Below are positions 1 to 12,998 of a stretch of 59,273 bases of DNA, in pieces (the stretch's first letter is position 1; each line of letters starts with the position of its first letter). The translations under genes were made by a program, and so were the position numbers. This DNA is from Hydrolagus affinis. Its lineage: Eukaryota. Location: NCBI GenBank assembly GCA_012026655.1, contig JAAILG010000233.1, forward strand, positions 62,001 through 121,273. Direction: 5' to 3'. Below the pieces are notes generated by a model. That model was not told where the DNA came from. It ran no database searches and was given only the letters and a program-made list of their open reading frames with translations.

Positions 1-157
1 AATCCATGACTGTTTGTGGGACACTGCTGTGCGCAATTGACTGCCACATTTCGCTCACAATTATACAGTCAATTAACTTAACAGTATACCCTATGAAGCG
101 CTTTGAGGCATCTAGAAGACTTGAAAAGTACTATATCAAATGCAAGGAATATTAGTA
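1..157 (+). mobile_element. Deu-domain SINE (family A), 3' part cut by window edge
   Basis: tgtttgtgggacactgctgtgcgcaattgactgcc (Deu-like core) then the L2-type tail gaagcgctttgaggcatct...ctatatcaaatgcaagg; same order as copies at 8146, 14304, 32487. Confidence 0.88.
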
Positions 158-249
158 TATAAATGCAAGTTGTTGTTGAATAGTTTTCCTTCTGCTTACT
201 GTATAATGTCCAAAGTATCATATTCTAAATGAAACATTTTTACTTCTGT

Positions 250-460
250 GTCCTGATTTAATAATATAGGTAGGCAGAGGGAATTTACACAACAACTCAA
301 TGTTTGCGAATATGCTGGAGAGTTCACTCGTGTTTTATGAAGACTTTTTTTAAAAAAAAACTCTTGCTTGAACTTGAGGCAATAAGTGATGAGTAATTTC
401 AGCCAATCCTGACAATTCTGGATTCCAAATATACCATTCAAATCTGCTTATCAAGGGTTA
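250..460 (-). mobile_element. possible hAT transposase C-terminal (dimerisation domain) relic
   Basis: With frameshifts the minus strand gives KLNP..NPELSGLAEITHHL / IASSSSKSFF / LHKTRVN, resembling the hAT pattern P-EL-LA-LL-ASS-ER-FS-H-K-RN; very degenerate. Confidence 0.22.
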
Positions 461-949
461 AGCTTCCCAAGGTTTGATCATCTCTGCACAGTGCACACCA
501 CTACTACTTTGTTGGAAACAAAGGTAACGTTTCTATGGTGAGAATTTATATTAACAGACTATATTATAATGTCCTGTTTCTGTGCTTTAACATTCTGTTG
601 TATCCAGTTTCTACAATACCACAATGGAATATTAATGAATATTCATTTTTATAAAGGCTCAATGCCATCAATAAATCCATGAACTGTAACACCATTCTAC
701 CCACTTTATAATGAATATCCCCTATCAAGGCCTCCCTAATATTTGGTCAGTCTCAAAGAATTTTGCTCAGTGTCTCCCATCATAAATTTCTCAAGATCAA
801 ACTTCCCCTGATATTTTATAATATTGAGAAACGACTCTCAGCCTATTGCCAAGGCTGAACTTGCCAAAATATCAAGTTATTTCTGTATTTTATCCCAGAT
901 ATTTCACTTTATTGAGCAATGATTCTTACAGAAAGTGTCAAGGGAAACT

Positions 950-1330
950 GGACCACAAATTGGAAGGCCAGGAAGTAAGGAGAGCTTCGGAAGTGGATTG
1001 GAATTTGCCTGGTTCCTAGGAAACAACACAGCAAGAAACATGGAGCTGTATGAAAGGTGGTTTCATCTTTGGCCTTTGTCATCCATATAGAGTCAATGCT
1101 AATTACACTGCACAATAGTGATTTGATATTGTATTGAGGACACAGACACAATTGGAAATAATATTCTGATTAAATAGAGAGGGATCTGGATATTTTAGAA
1201 AATGTGGCTGACAAGTGGTAAGTATTATTTAATTTGGAGAATGCAGAATGATGAGATTAGCCAAGAAAAGAAACAGTAGCAATATAAACTGAGTGGTATT
1301 TGCCTATAGGATAGCACAGGAGACAGGCAC
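950..1330 (+). mobile_element. CR1 LINE ORF2 relic
   Basis: Fragments KLEGQEVRRELRKWIGICLVPRKQ and ERDLDILENVADKW*VLFN..YKLSG match CR1 RT motifs (KL.AHGI.G.LL.WI.NWL..RKQ; QRDLD.L..WADKWQM.FN). Confidence 0.6.
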
Positions 1331-3214
1331 TGGTGGATAAATTGCTGAAGCTACCAATAGAATTTATCAAAATGATAGTAAAACATGGAATGCACTAAAG
1401 TTCCAATATTCTGCAACTCCGGAACCATTTTAATATGTGTTTAAGGCTTAATTTGAAAATCTTTGTGTTTAGCAAATTAATTATCTACCACGAAACAGTA
1501 TAAGTAAAGACCTTTGTATTTAGGCTCCTAAATCATCCAATGCTTATGTCTTTGGTAATACCTCTAACTACAGACTGACAAGAAAGCCAAGGCAGTCAGC
1601 CTTATTGCTGAGTTTAATTTGCTTTAAATAAAAGAATTATAGGATTGGATTGAAAATGTTTTTCACATAATCAAAAGAATGATTTCTATTTTTTTTACAA
1701 GATGAAAAAATGAACACTTCTCATTACATTCAAGGACTCAATGTCATGATGATCGTTTTATATTACAGGGCTAGTCAATTATTCTTGAATAATTTTTAAT
1801 CTAGCAATTATGTCAGTGCCTAAAATAGTGCAAAATTATAGCGAAATTGTGAAAGGGAAGGAAGAAATGAAATCTATGATCAGTGATTCTTTACGTTTAA
1901 CTGATTTGAGAAGACAATTCAAAAATCTTTCTTCATTTAGACTCAGAGGTAATTTCATTTATAGGATTGGGGAGGTGCATAGTTATGTCAAACCAACAAA
2001 AACATTATTGAAGCTTGACGTATTTATCTCCTACAGTAATTAAAGAAACAGTAAAGTTTTTTTAAAAAAGCAGTTCCCTGAGGAACTATGCATATCTAAT
2101 AGACTGGAAATTATTTTACTAATTATTGTAGAGGAAGAAAAAGATATTGAGCAATACTGCTCCCAACTACCCACAAGGAAATATAATTTTACTGATTTTT
2201 TTTACATCATATATTAAGTATTTAAAACTACAGTACTATATAAAGAAATTCAGATACATATAGAAAACAAAATATCAAATATATGTTGGAATGCCTTTCA
2301 CATAATTTCTAGGTAAATATTAAACATATTTTCTGAACATTTTCATAACATTGTAACCTTAAATGGCAAATACATATTTTTGATATTTTGGACACACATG
2401 GCATATTTTCAGGATTTAACTTGATGTGATTCATACATTAGCAGGATGCTTTGACAAGGTACAAATGCAGTGAATGTGTAGTGCTGGAGTGGGGTTAAAT
2501 ATTTATGAGTCTAGCTTGAGAGTGAAATCTTCAAATGCATCTGCTCACCAAAATAAGCAAAAAAAAAGGGTGCAGCATGTTTTCTTTGTATTAGAAATCA
2601 ACTTAATAGATAACTCATAATACATTGATGCAGTTGTTTAGAAATGCTTTTAAAGTGTTGATCAATTTAGAATTATATATTACATTATTCTCTCTTCACG
2701 TCAATGACAATCCTGCTTACATGACATGGGAATTGATGACAGCCTCGCATATTTTGAACCTCATGCAAATAGCATTAAAGAGTAGTCATTCTTTTTTTCT
2801 GAAGTGTAGGCAAATCTCATTTAAAATAAGCTGTTTATTTTGTGCATGAGGCCTTTTAAGATTTTTTAAAAAAAACTGCCTATTCCCATATCCTCCTCAA
2901 CACCAACTTTCACCCCTCCCTTCGCAGAGTGGGTTTCATGACTGTAGAAAAGTTAAACACGTAATTCTGATTTTGTTTTGCGGCCCCTTAAAAGGAGTGG
3001 GCTGCTTTGTCTCGTCATCAAGTTATGTAAGAATCGCAGAAATCTGCCGGTGATAAACAATTCTGGTACTTAAGGCACTTACTTTTTCAATCAATGGTTT
3101 ACACCGTACCCTGATCACTAAAACATCGCAACTTTTATTCTGCCTTTGGTGTCGTTCTGAAGTTGAAGGGCAAGTTGTAAGTCACATGGTGTGCGTCACC
3201 CACTTTGAGCCATT

Positions 3215-3248
3215 TGGATTTGCTGATAGGGTGGATTTGCTGATAGGG
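3215..3248. repeat. 17-bp tandem duplication
   Basis: tggatttgctgataggg x2, followed by partial cggatct. Confidence 0.9.
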
Positions 3249-4693
3249 CGGATCTTCCCTTGGCAAGGGGCTTAGCCTTGGGGATTCAACAGCATATGGC
3301 CTTGCATATCGCATGCCCAAGTGCGTGTTTGGCCAGCTAGTGAAGGTTGAGATCTCTGTGTGCAGTGGTTGCGCTTGGAGTCCCTCCTGGTTTGTGTGTT
3401 AGAGCAGCTGCGGACTGCAGATTTGTAGGAAAGGGGTCCACAATACCTCCTGGTATTTTCCCATCTCGAGAGGGAGAATCTGTGCATTACTCACTCCGAT
3501 GGGCAGATATCCCACTGATGATTTGTCCACATGTTTGCTGGGGGGAAATGGGAGCAAGGAAGTATTTTGCGTTATGACATGTGCTATGTGTTTTATTGCA
3601 CGATTAATGTGTTTGCTTTTATTATTGCATTACTAGCATGTTATTTTAGCTGTTTTCTTTCTCCTTGCAGTGCTCATGTAACATGCACCAATCCACATTT
3701 CCCAGCACAGACAGCAGGAAGCTGACTTGCTCCCAAGCCTCTCCCTAACATGTTGCCAAGAGGAGCCCAGCAGTGGCTCAATTTTACTTTCTCCTACTTA
3801 GAACAATTTTGAATGGCCATTATGGAGAGAAACAACATGCTGCTTCACAGCGGCAGTACAAGTTTTGCTGTGCAGTATTTCTAAATATTCGCATTTTATA
3901 GCTGTTTCAAATGCATGCTTAAAACATTCATATTCATTCCTTGATGCCAACAGCGTTTTGAAACTGCACTGAGTTTATTAAGTACATACACATCCATACT
4001 CTCACCTAGTCTACCAACAAATACCCACAGATGCCTACCCACTACCACTCCTACACTTCCAGCAGCCAGCATGTTCTGTTACCCGCCTTTAATGGCTACT
4101 TAACTCCATACATTGCTCCTCTTGTGAGCAGAGCATGTCAGCTGGTTGCAGATTCTAGGGGATTTTAAGTCCTGCTCTTCTTTGGTGAATCAGATGGAAT
4201 AGGATATTCATCCATGTATCACATGCATATTGTATCATTTATTCCACCATACTGAGAGGCTCATCTGATAACTGAGAAAACTTCTTGCACAATTTAATGA
4301 GCTAAAGTGTTGGCTACCTTTGGGATTTGAGCTGTAATTGAGTTAAGGTATAAAATTAATGCATCAACCACTGTGTTACTGAGCCAGTATATCTCAAGAG
4401 TCAAATGAAATCCTCCAATTAAAGTGTATAGGATAAGTGTTTACAGCTTATTGCAAGTATAAAAAGAATGTCTCTTTTTTATTGAATTGATGATCAATGC
4501 TAGATGGTTGAATGTTGCTCCTCAATCAGTAATGACACTTTGAGCCACCTTTGCTCAATCAGAACATCTAATCTTAAACCCCTTAGAACGTTCACTGAAA
4601 CAGACAGTAGTGATGCACCCATAGAAGTCGCATGTCCAAAATTCAAACTTATACCAAAGGGAATTACCTATTGATCTTATCTCACCCTATCCT

Positions 4694-4912
4694 ATAAAGA
4701 TCGCATTATTCTATTCAAAAAGAGAAGGGTTTCTCCTGGTGTCCTGCCCATCAATCCATCAGAGGCATTGGTCATTCACTGAACTGTTGTTTCTGAGACA
4801 TTGCATACGCAAATGGCTGTGTGTTTGCCGACAAAAGCAGTCACTACACTTCATAGCGGTTACTCATGAAACATTCAACATGATAAGGTGTTATAAAAAT
4901 ACAAAGTCTTTA
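4694..4912 (+). mobile_element. older Deu-domain SINE (family B, SacSINE1/AmnSINE1-like) fragment
   Basis: taaagatcgcattattctattcaaaaagagaagggtttctcctggtgtcctg...tgtttctgagacattgcatacgcaaatggctg...gataaggtgttataaaaatacaaag; colinear with 26048 and 42258 copies. Confidence 0.75.
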
Positions 4913-6289
4913 TCTTTAACTGCTGGAAGTGAAGATTGTGTACATACACTTTCAAAAATGGGTAATATTACTGCTTATCCAGCTTTGCACAAGATTGTTC
5001 TCTTTTGAGGGGTTTAATGGAATTTTTAACTTGTAACATATAGGCTTAACAAGCAAATCTTAAAGGCCACAATATCAGTCAACACCAGGGTTCATTTTGC
5101 CGTTACGTTTTTATTTTGGAGACAAATCGTTTTGTCACAATAATTTTTTTTGAAATACTCAACTACACCTTCAATAGACTTAGTCAAGACAAAGGAAGGG
5201 CAGGAAATTGCAATTATGAAACTTCAGTATTTAGATATTTGCACATTTCTTTGTTAATATATAGATGCACTTCACAACAAAAAAATGTTAGTTTTTTGTT
5301 ATGTTTATTACACATATTACAGCAGTGATATCTTCATACACATTCCAAGGCATGAAAGAAATCTTGGCTGTCAAACCTTCTTATTTTTTTCATTAAAAAA
5401 TACTCTGCCGATGGTAGGATATGCCTTCAGAATTGTGGGGCACTTTATACGAAAACTCTCAGCAAAGCTTTTAGATCCCTTTTGAATGTTTTTGAGAAAA
5501 AAGCTGCAGAACCACTGATTTGCACTTAGGGTATGAGGCGTTCTTTTATTTGAAATAAAAGTACTATCTTTTCACAGAGCTAAGAACTGGAAATGTTTAA
5601 GTTGTAATGATGTAATTGATTCACTTAGAGCCCAGACGTTAGTCAAGATCTACATTCTTGCATTGGAACTCTGGTGACTTATGCCAATCTAAAATTCAGT
5701 GATCAAGTTAATTGCCTCTCAGAAGACATTAAAATCTCCATCTCAAGGCACTAAGATGTCTTTAGTTCTCAGGGAAATGTAAATTCAACTGGCTGCTGAT
5801 GAACCAAATGCATGTTATTTTCCTTTCATGATGAAGAATATCTGTTTGAGAAATAAATACGTAAATTGCTGAATTTTGCTTCAAAAGAGGCCATCGTTAA
5901 AAGGCAGAACTGGCTGGTGGTTGGTGCATTAACCTCTTGTGCTATTGAATAGTAGAAGGATACAAGATCAGATGTAGAAATCTTTATAGAATATCTTCTT
6001 GACATTGGCTGGGTTGTCTGGAAAAGGCACCAAGGAGAAATTGATTTGGTACAGTGGAAATGGAAAAGTAAATGGCAATGTAATTGTTTCTCTATATATG
6101 AAAGATGAGAAAGTACATCTTCATAGATTGCAGATACCTCCACCTTGAAAACTCCCCTGCTGTCTCCAGGCTGTTGCACTTACTCTTCCTATCTTTCCAT
6201 TGCATATGGTATCAGCCCAGCATGGCCAACACAAGTGCACTCAACTTTAGCAACAATCAGCTCTTTGAAGAGAATGGAATAGAGGACAG

Positions 6290-6580
6290 ACAGCAATAAA
6301 CCTCCGTCAGAGCTGTCCTCCCTGCCTCTCCAGCTATTACCAGGTATTAACAAAATTGTTCAATGACGTGTGGCCTCTGTAACTAGAATACCAGCTGTTA
6401 ATTTGTTATTGTGCATGAAGTATAATTATTCAGTTGACTCCAGTTGCCTTGCTCAGCTGTCTTCAGAGTGAAGCCTGCTGAAACAAGGCCTAATTATATG
6501 TGTAGTGTTGAGTTTATTTTGAGCATGACTTTGCCCTGCATTACTCATTTGATAAACTGTTCATTTTCTGTTTGATCCAA
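6290..6580. promoter_or_regulatory. putative conserved non-coding element
   Basis: Repeat-free block with TAAT/ATTA cores, CAGCTG E-boxes and a TGACGT half-site; composition only, conservation not tested. Confidence 0.3.
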
Positions 6581-6780
6581 CCCTTGTCTCCTTGTCCACA
6601 TGAATGTGACCGGTGCACAGAAGCTTTGATTACCCCCAGAAAGTTGTGGCAGTGGCGTTCCATGTGGGCTGTGATGATTTTTTGCTGTTTGAGTTGTTTC
6701 AATTAAATCGTTTTTGTCTAAGTAAGATCTTATTCATAACACCCTCACCCACCACACCCCCAATCTCCCCCCAAAAAAAG

Positions 6781-6950
6781 TCTGGTGACCCATTTCATAG
6801 CTGTTTGTAGGATATTATTATGGACCAATTGGCTGACAAGTTTGCTTAAAATTCACAGTCTCTACATTTCACAGGAAAATTCCTGCGAACTGTTGAGATG
6901 TCTTGATGACATGTTAAATTACTGTATCAAAATGCATGTGTTATTATTAC
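6781..6950 (+). mobile_element. degenerate Deu-SINE 3' half
   Basis: gctgtttgtaggatatt...caattggctg...gagatgtcttgatgacatg...tatcaaaatgcatg..ttattatta. Confidence 0.7.
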
Positions 6951-8145
6951 ATAATGCCAAAGTAATGCACTATTTTTTAAATGGAAGTTGAAAAACGTGA
7001 TGAAAACATGACCCAAAGTGGTTCTATCGCTTTAATTTATTATAAAATCAGTTTTCTTTATGAGTACAAATATTCTATTTGTTTCGAGCCTACGCTATCT
7101 AGGCCATAAATGATTAAAGAATTCAACACTTTTATTAAACAATGAGTCAATATATTTTATAATCCACTTTTATTTTGCCACTGAAATTAACACAATAAAT
7201 ACTGCGTAACAAATTTCCCAATAAACACGGCAAAGCATACTAATAAAGTGCTGCAATAAAAATGAACTGATAAGATTGCCTTCACATTATCTTAAAAAAT
7301 TGCTGATCAGAACGTGCTTGTGGTGCTATTTGACTCTATTAGCACCCCTGTTTGATTGTACTAATTGCTCTCCTGATTTTTGTAGCTCTGCTTTGTGCTT
7401 GCATCAGCTGTTAGTTTCACAGCTTGATGACTCAATTATGTTAGTAAGCAACTTATCCCGAATGTGAGCGGGACCTATAACACTCGTATGCAGTCAGAAA
7501 CGTTTGACCAGAACAAATGCTCTCAAGATGCCAGAGTGTATTTCGGATGATGATTATTTTGTAAATTGGAGTTGTTGTCTACACATACTCCAAAACGCAT
7601 CTTACATACAATGTTTAAATTTAATAAGCATGAGTCCAGATGAATAGCTTCTTGACAGTTATGAATGAAGGCCTGGCTACATTAAGGCAATGAGGGAGCA
7701 AACAGCAGGTCTGAAGCTACGTTTGAATAAATCATCACCATGCACATAGTGGCTTCACAACTGTTTCAGGCATGAACCCTGTAAACATGTGACCCCTGTT
7801 GCTCAGCAACCAAATCTTAGGCATTTTAAAGAATATTAAAACAATTTTTGCCGCAGCAACTTTATTGGAGTTCAATGAACTGAGACTTTACTGAAGTGGC
7901 TTTTTCATTAAGGACAGTTTGTTTTGTGTGAAATATCTATATCCAGTAAAAAATGAAGGTCTTGGCAAACATAGCAAAGGAACGGAATCAGTATAGGAAA
8001 TGGCAAGTGGTAACTGTAACCATCTAACATACATTCATTATCAATTAGATTCCAGCACTTTAAGACACTGCCCCGACTAAAGGGCTCTATATAAAAGCAA
8101 GTTGTTGTTTGTTGCTGCACCAAACATTCTTCTTATAATTCTGCT

Positions 8146-8400
8146 AAACCCTGGGCAAGTTTCCTTACTCCACACGCCTAATAATAATCCCTCCAAAAAA
8201 AACACAATAATAAAATTGGTTATTTCAATCCACGACTGCTTGTGGGACACTGCTGTGCGTAATTGGCTGCCGTGTTTCTCCCACAAGTATACAGTCAATT
8301 CACTTTACAATATATTCTGTGAGGCGCTTTGAAACGTCGATAAGATGTGAAAAGCGCAATATCAAAATGCAGGGATTATTATTATTATTATAATTGTTAT
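8146..8400 (+). mobile_element. family A SINE, 5'-truncated
   Basis: aaaccctgggcaagtttccttactccacacgcctaataataatccctc + Deu core + L2-type tail ending in (TTA)n. Confidence 0.92.
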
Positions 8401-11400
8401 TAACTAATGAATGTCCTATGTTAAGAAGAAAAAATCCTACTTGATGTTTGTTCCCTGTGGGAACCTGTAGACTAACTCAACTCTCTGTCTGATGAGAACT
8501 GCGGATAGTATAAAAGTTTATCTTCTTGTTATTAAATTGCCAAAATGATTTCAAAAGCATGACATTTTCTAAGATAATTTAATAAGCATAAATAAAAGTT
8601 TTTTAAAAACATTTTTTTGAAAATAATGTTTTAAAAATAAAACTGGCGACCTGCCACTAAGTGCAACAGTCTACTTAAACTGATAACTGCCTCTAAATGC
8701 ACAAGCAATCCTTTCTGTAACCCTCCTGTGGAGTGAATCAAGAGTGGTGTAGCTTTTTTTCCTTTATACTTGGGATGAGATCAGTCTTCTGCCTTTTTAT
8801 TGACCATGATTCCAGCTTTGTGTATTAAAGAAACTGAAGAAAAGTAGCTAATGAAAAACCCCAGCTTAGATGTTTACTTAGACGTTGGTCTTTAAACAAG
8901 ACCAGACTTGAGAATTCATACTCTTTTCTGTATCTACAGTGGAGTGAAATGTATATTATTACCGTGTGCACTTTGAACTGAGCCACTGAGCCACTTGGTT
9001 TTTTGAAGTCTTATATAAATGTTTCATAGGTAATTTTTCCATACATGCTTTTAAGCTTTTATGTAAATTTTGAAGCTGGAATGATTTTTCTTTGATGATA
9101 ACTCTTGCAGTTTCCACAGTGTATTATTACCAGTGGGTGCTCTCGCAGTGATCTTGCATGGTAGGATATTCGTAAAACAGATTATCTGATTCACATCATT
9201 TTACTGAAGGATACCTTAAGTTCAATATAATTCTGGGTAATTGGAAAGTTCTCCATCTTTGTCACTTTGTGTTGGGGTCCAGCTGAGTTAAGCCAGTGTT
9301 CTCAGACCTGTAAACAACTGTCCAAGTTTGTATGTTTGTCTTTGAGAATCCAATTTTCAATGCTACATCCGTAAAGATCATACTTCATCATCAACTATGG
9401 CAGACTACTTTGCCACTTTAGTAGTTTTTAATAAAATCCAAACTGTGCAAAGAAAAGAAGCATAATTTAATGGATGGAGTGGGGCTGAATTACATAAAGA
9501 GAAACCAAAATGATTCAGGGCTAATTGATGGATACCTAGAAGGAATCTTGGGGAAAATTGGATGGTAGATCAGACAGCCCAATGATGCACACCTATCTGA
9601 AAGTGTTACAATGCAATTAAAACTCGAGAATAAAAGATCACGTGAGTTTCATGCATCAGGGGTGAGCAAACGTAATTATGGAATATTGTTTGATCGTGTT
9701 GAAAGGAAATAAATCATATAGTTTGCATCCAATAGAGAGAATGTTGGTGTTTCACAGTTCTACAGGAAAAATTGATCATAATTCCGTGTAGGAACATCAT
9801 AAATGTCTGATCCCAAATGAACACGTGAGAGAAACGGGAGCAGTGACGGCACATTTACAGCATTACAGTACTTTGTAATACCTGAGTTTATAATAACTCA
9901 CATCTCTTATAAGTGACCTTTTAGCTCCTAAATGGAGCTCTGTTTTATTACTGGAGAAAGTAAAACCTCTTTCTGATGAGCCTGTGCCAAGAATTACCTT
10001 GTAATTTACTGTCCTCCTTCCCCTCCCCTTCCTGGGTCAGAACTTGTGATAACGTGATTTAACACTATTTCTTAATTAACAGCTAGGAATAATATGAATA
10101 AATTTGAACTGAATTACTGCATTTCTATCCTGTTAACTTCATTACTTTGTAAGGCATCGCAAGTTTCTGCTGATCCTTTACATTTTCATTTTGTACCCAA
10201 ATAGACTACTTCTCCCCTCTTTTCGGCTTCCCTTTTGCCAAGGTCTGAGACTGGATTGCTCCCACAACTCTGCCAAACTATTCGTAAAGCCAGCCACTGG
10301 GAAAAGCCACAATTAGCATTTTTATTTTTAATTTTGACATTAAAATGAAATGATGTATTGTAATATATTCAGAATGCTACATGAACTGGTGCAGAGCTGT
10401 AGGATAAATCCTAGGAATAGGTTTGTGCTTGTCACATGGTGCTGTATCCCTTCAGGTTGAACGTCTCAATCTGCTGTGGTCCTCCTGCTGTGGAACCTCA
10501 CTTGCCTTACATCAGCAGCTTCTACCTCACAGCAGAGCTGACTCTGTCTAAAGCACAATTGTAGGAAAGCTAAGGCAGCATTTGGGATATATATAAATAC
10601 ACAAAACAATCATCTTAGTATGGTGTTTGAGAACTGGAATGCAAACTCAGTGCAGATGACCTTCGCAAATCATTCTCCCATCCCTCGTGTAATTTGCAAA
10701 GTCACCTGAACTCAAAACAGTTGTGTAACCTAGATAACAATTTCTACATATATTATATATAGAAAAACATTCAAAATAAATATAAATTATTAAAACGTTG
10801 TATTTCAAAATTAACATGTGTCTGAGTTGAATCCAACCCAATTGGGTGGTTTACCAAATGTAAATTCCTGCATGGTATTGGATACACAACTCACAAAATG
10901 AAAAGGTTAAGGATTTATACAGACTTCATTCACTGGCAGTTTCGGTTCCATAAATTACAACAAACTTTGCTATTACAAACCTCGTTTTATGACTAGTATT
11001 TATGTTGGTTCCAATAGAAACATCAACAGAGGCAGTTAAACAGCTCAAACCTCAATAAGATGAACCCTTGAAGGTAATGTTTTTTTTGGAGAATAGTGAA
11101 GAGATTTTTTGTGTGCTATCCTGCAGTCATTTTGACTGAAACTGATTTGGGTGGAGAGAAGAAGAGGTGCTCTGAACTGTGATATTTTCAAATTGGATTA
11201 GATGATGCTGTTGTGTTCTCTGGACTTTACTCATACTTTGCTGTTTTTTGGAATCACAGTGAGCTACTGGTGGAAGTATTGCCAATCAGACGGCTTTTGC
11301 AAGTCACGTACTAAAGTCACAATTACCATTTCTAATCCTGCATGTGAATGTTGTACATTAAATCCTTGAGTGTCAGGGAGATCTAACATTTTATGCAGTG

Positions 11401-11469
11401 CATGGAAGATAAGTTTTTTAAAAGTGTGTAAATGACCATGTATCATGTGATGTGTTTTGTAATTTCCAG

Positions 11470-11475
11470 ACCCAG
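11470..11475 (+). other. candidate 6-nt microexon (ACCCAG)
   Basis: tgtgttttgtaatttccag|ACCCAG|gtaagt: pyrimidine-rich acceptor and full consensus CAG|GTAAGT donor; two TGCATG motifs upstream. Confidence 0.35.
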
Positions 11476-12589
11476 GTAAGTGCTGGATTTCAAAATAATC
11501 TATTGCAAATAAACTGTTCTATAGTGTCTTTTTAATCGAAAAATAAATAAATCATTAAAGATTACATAAACTACAGATCCAAATTATGTCATCAATCATA
11601 ACTATTTTTCCATAAACTGTCACTCACAAATCACTCGTCAGGTGTTTCGGAAAATCCCGTTAAAGGCAAGTGCTTGTTTTTGAGCCAAATTACAGGTGTG
11701 GCGCTGGATCGGTGGATGGAGTATTCTTCACTGTGCTCACCTGCTGCTAATGCAGCTGCTTGAGTGACTGTGAGTGAGAAATCTTGTGGACAGAAGGATA
11801 AAGCCTTGAAAATAAACCATTAATTCTAAAACCACATGGATGTTAGAAAACCTTCTTCTTATCAATCATGTTATATTTTTCACAAATGCAGTGCAGCAAT
11901 TGGGAGACCGATGGACTTTCTACAGTATTATTTTGCCGTGTGGGTGCTTTAGTGAAGTTTTATATAAATAGAGCATATAAAAATATAGATCAATTTGATT
12001 CATACCACAGATTATCTCAGGCTTTAGCTCCATTCACCTTGGCACATTTGGAGAAAAGATGATTTGATTTATATAAGACTTTAGATGACAATTACTGGAT
12101 ATCTAAAAGTTTTATCCCGATAATGTATCCAGATAATTATCTAATGTGCATGTGCAGAGTATAACATGTATGTTGTTTCAAACTTCATTTCATGTTTGAT
12201 CAAATAGATTGAACAAAAGTATTATCAGTCAAATTAGAACCATAAAAATCCTGTTGAGAAAGAATACCGGTAATACATTACATTGCAACAAGGTATAACT
12301 TTAACTTCTTAGTATTGCCAATGAAGGCAGTTAAATCCACTGAATAATGCCAATCTGCAAAGCACCTAGATCCAGTAATGGTTATTTTTGTACCAAATAG
12401 CAGCATGTTTAAAAATAACTGGAGACTATTCAGCATTTCTATGGCTCCAGGGAATTGAAGCATCCATATTAGAAAGTTGTTTTTTAAGTCTTAATATTTA
12501 AAATATGTTCAGTGAGATGTTGAATAATAAAAAAAATTATACGAACACAAATCAGATAGATTTCTGATAGAAAATATGTAATGTATAGT

Positions 12590-12686
12590 TTGGGACACGA
12601 CATATCAAGCGACTGCCAGGTTGGTGGAAGGTGAACTGCGTGGACCTTGGTCTTCTTTCGCCGAGCAAATTCTTATGGTTCTTATA
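12590..12686 (+). mobile_element. CR1-type 3' UTR/tail fragment
   Basis: gaactgcgtggaccttggtcttctttcg...ttcttatggttcttat; short-repeat tail of CR1 type. Confidence 0.45.
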
Positions 12687-12899
12687 CAATCAACATGGGA
12701 TCTGCTGTGACTCCTTCACGCCAGGTTTGATGCAGTCAATTCTGTCAATTCCATATGTGTGGCATTTGACATCTGCCTGCTGTGTGTCCTCTTTAAAATA
12801 TATACTGTACTATACTCTGCATTTATCTCTTTAACTGGAAATATTTTTGTACTTTGCACTGCCTCCAATTGATATCAATTGTAATGCTGCATGTTCAAT

Positions 12900-12998
12900 A
12901 TCGCACACCTAAACTTCTTCAATGGCCTGCTCACCTATCAATTCATCCTGGTGTCCCCCTGACATGAAAGGTGCTTTACAAATGTAATTTGTTGTTGT
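12900..12998 (+). mobile_element. L2 3' tail fragment
   Basis: gtgtccccctgacatgaaaggtgctttacaaatgtaatttgttgttg matches the L2 terminal stem-loop seen repeatedly in this window. Confidence 0.6.

Noticed and set aside
9215-9307. Minus-strand exon-like segment ending MENFPITQNYIELK
   Set aside because: Weak pyrimidine tract and donor (gtatcc); stops in all frames near the acceptor
12866-12881. Perfect 16-bp palindrome caattgatatcaattg
   Set aside because: About one such AT-rich palindrome is expected by chance in 59 kb and it does not extend
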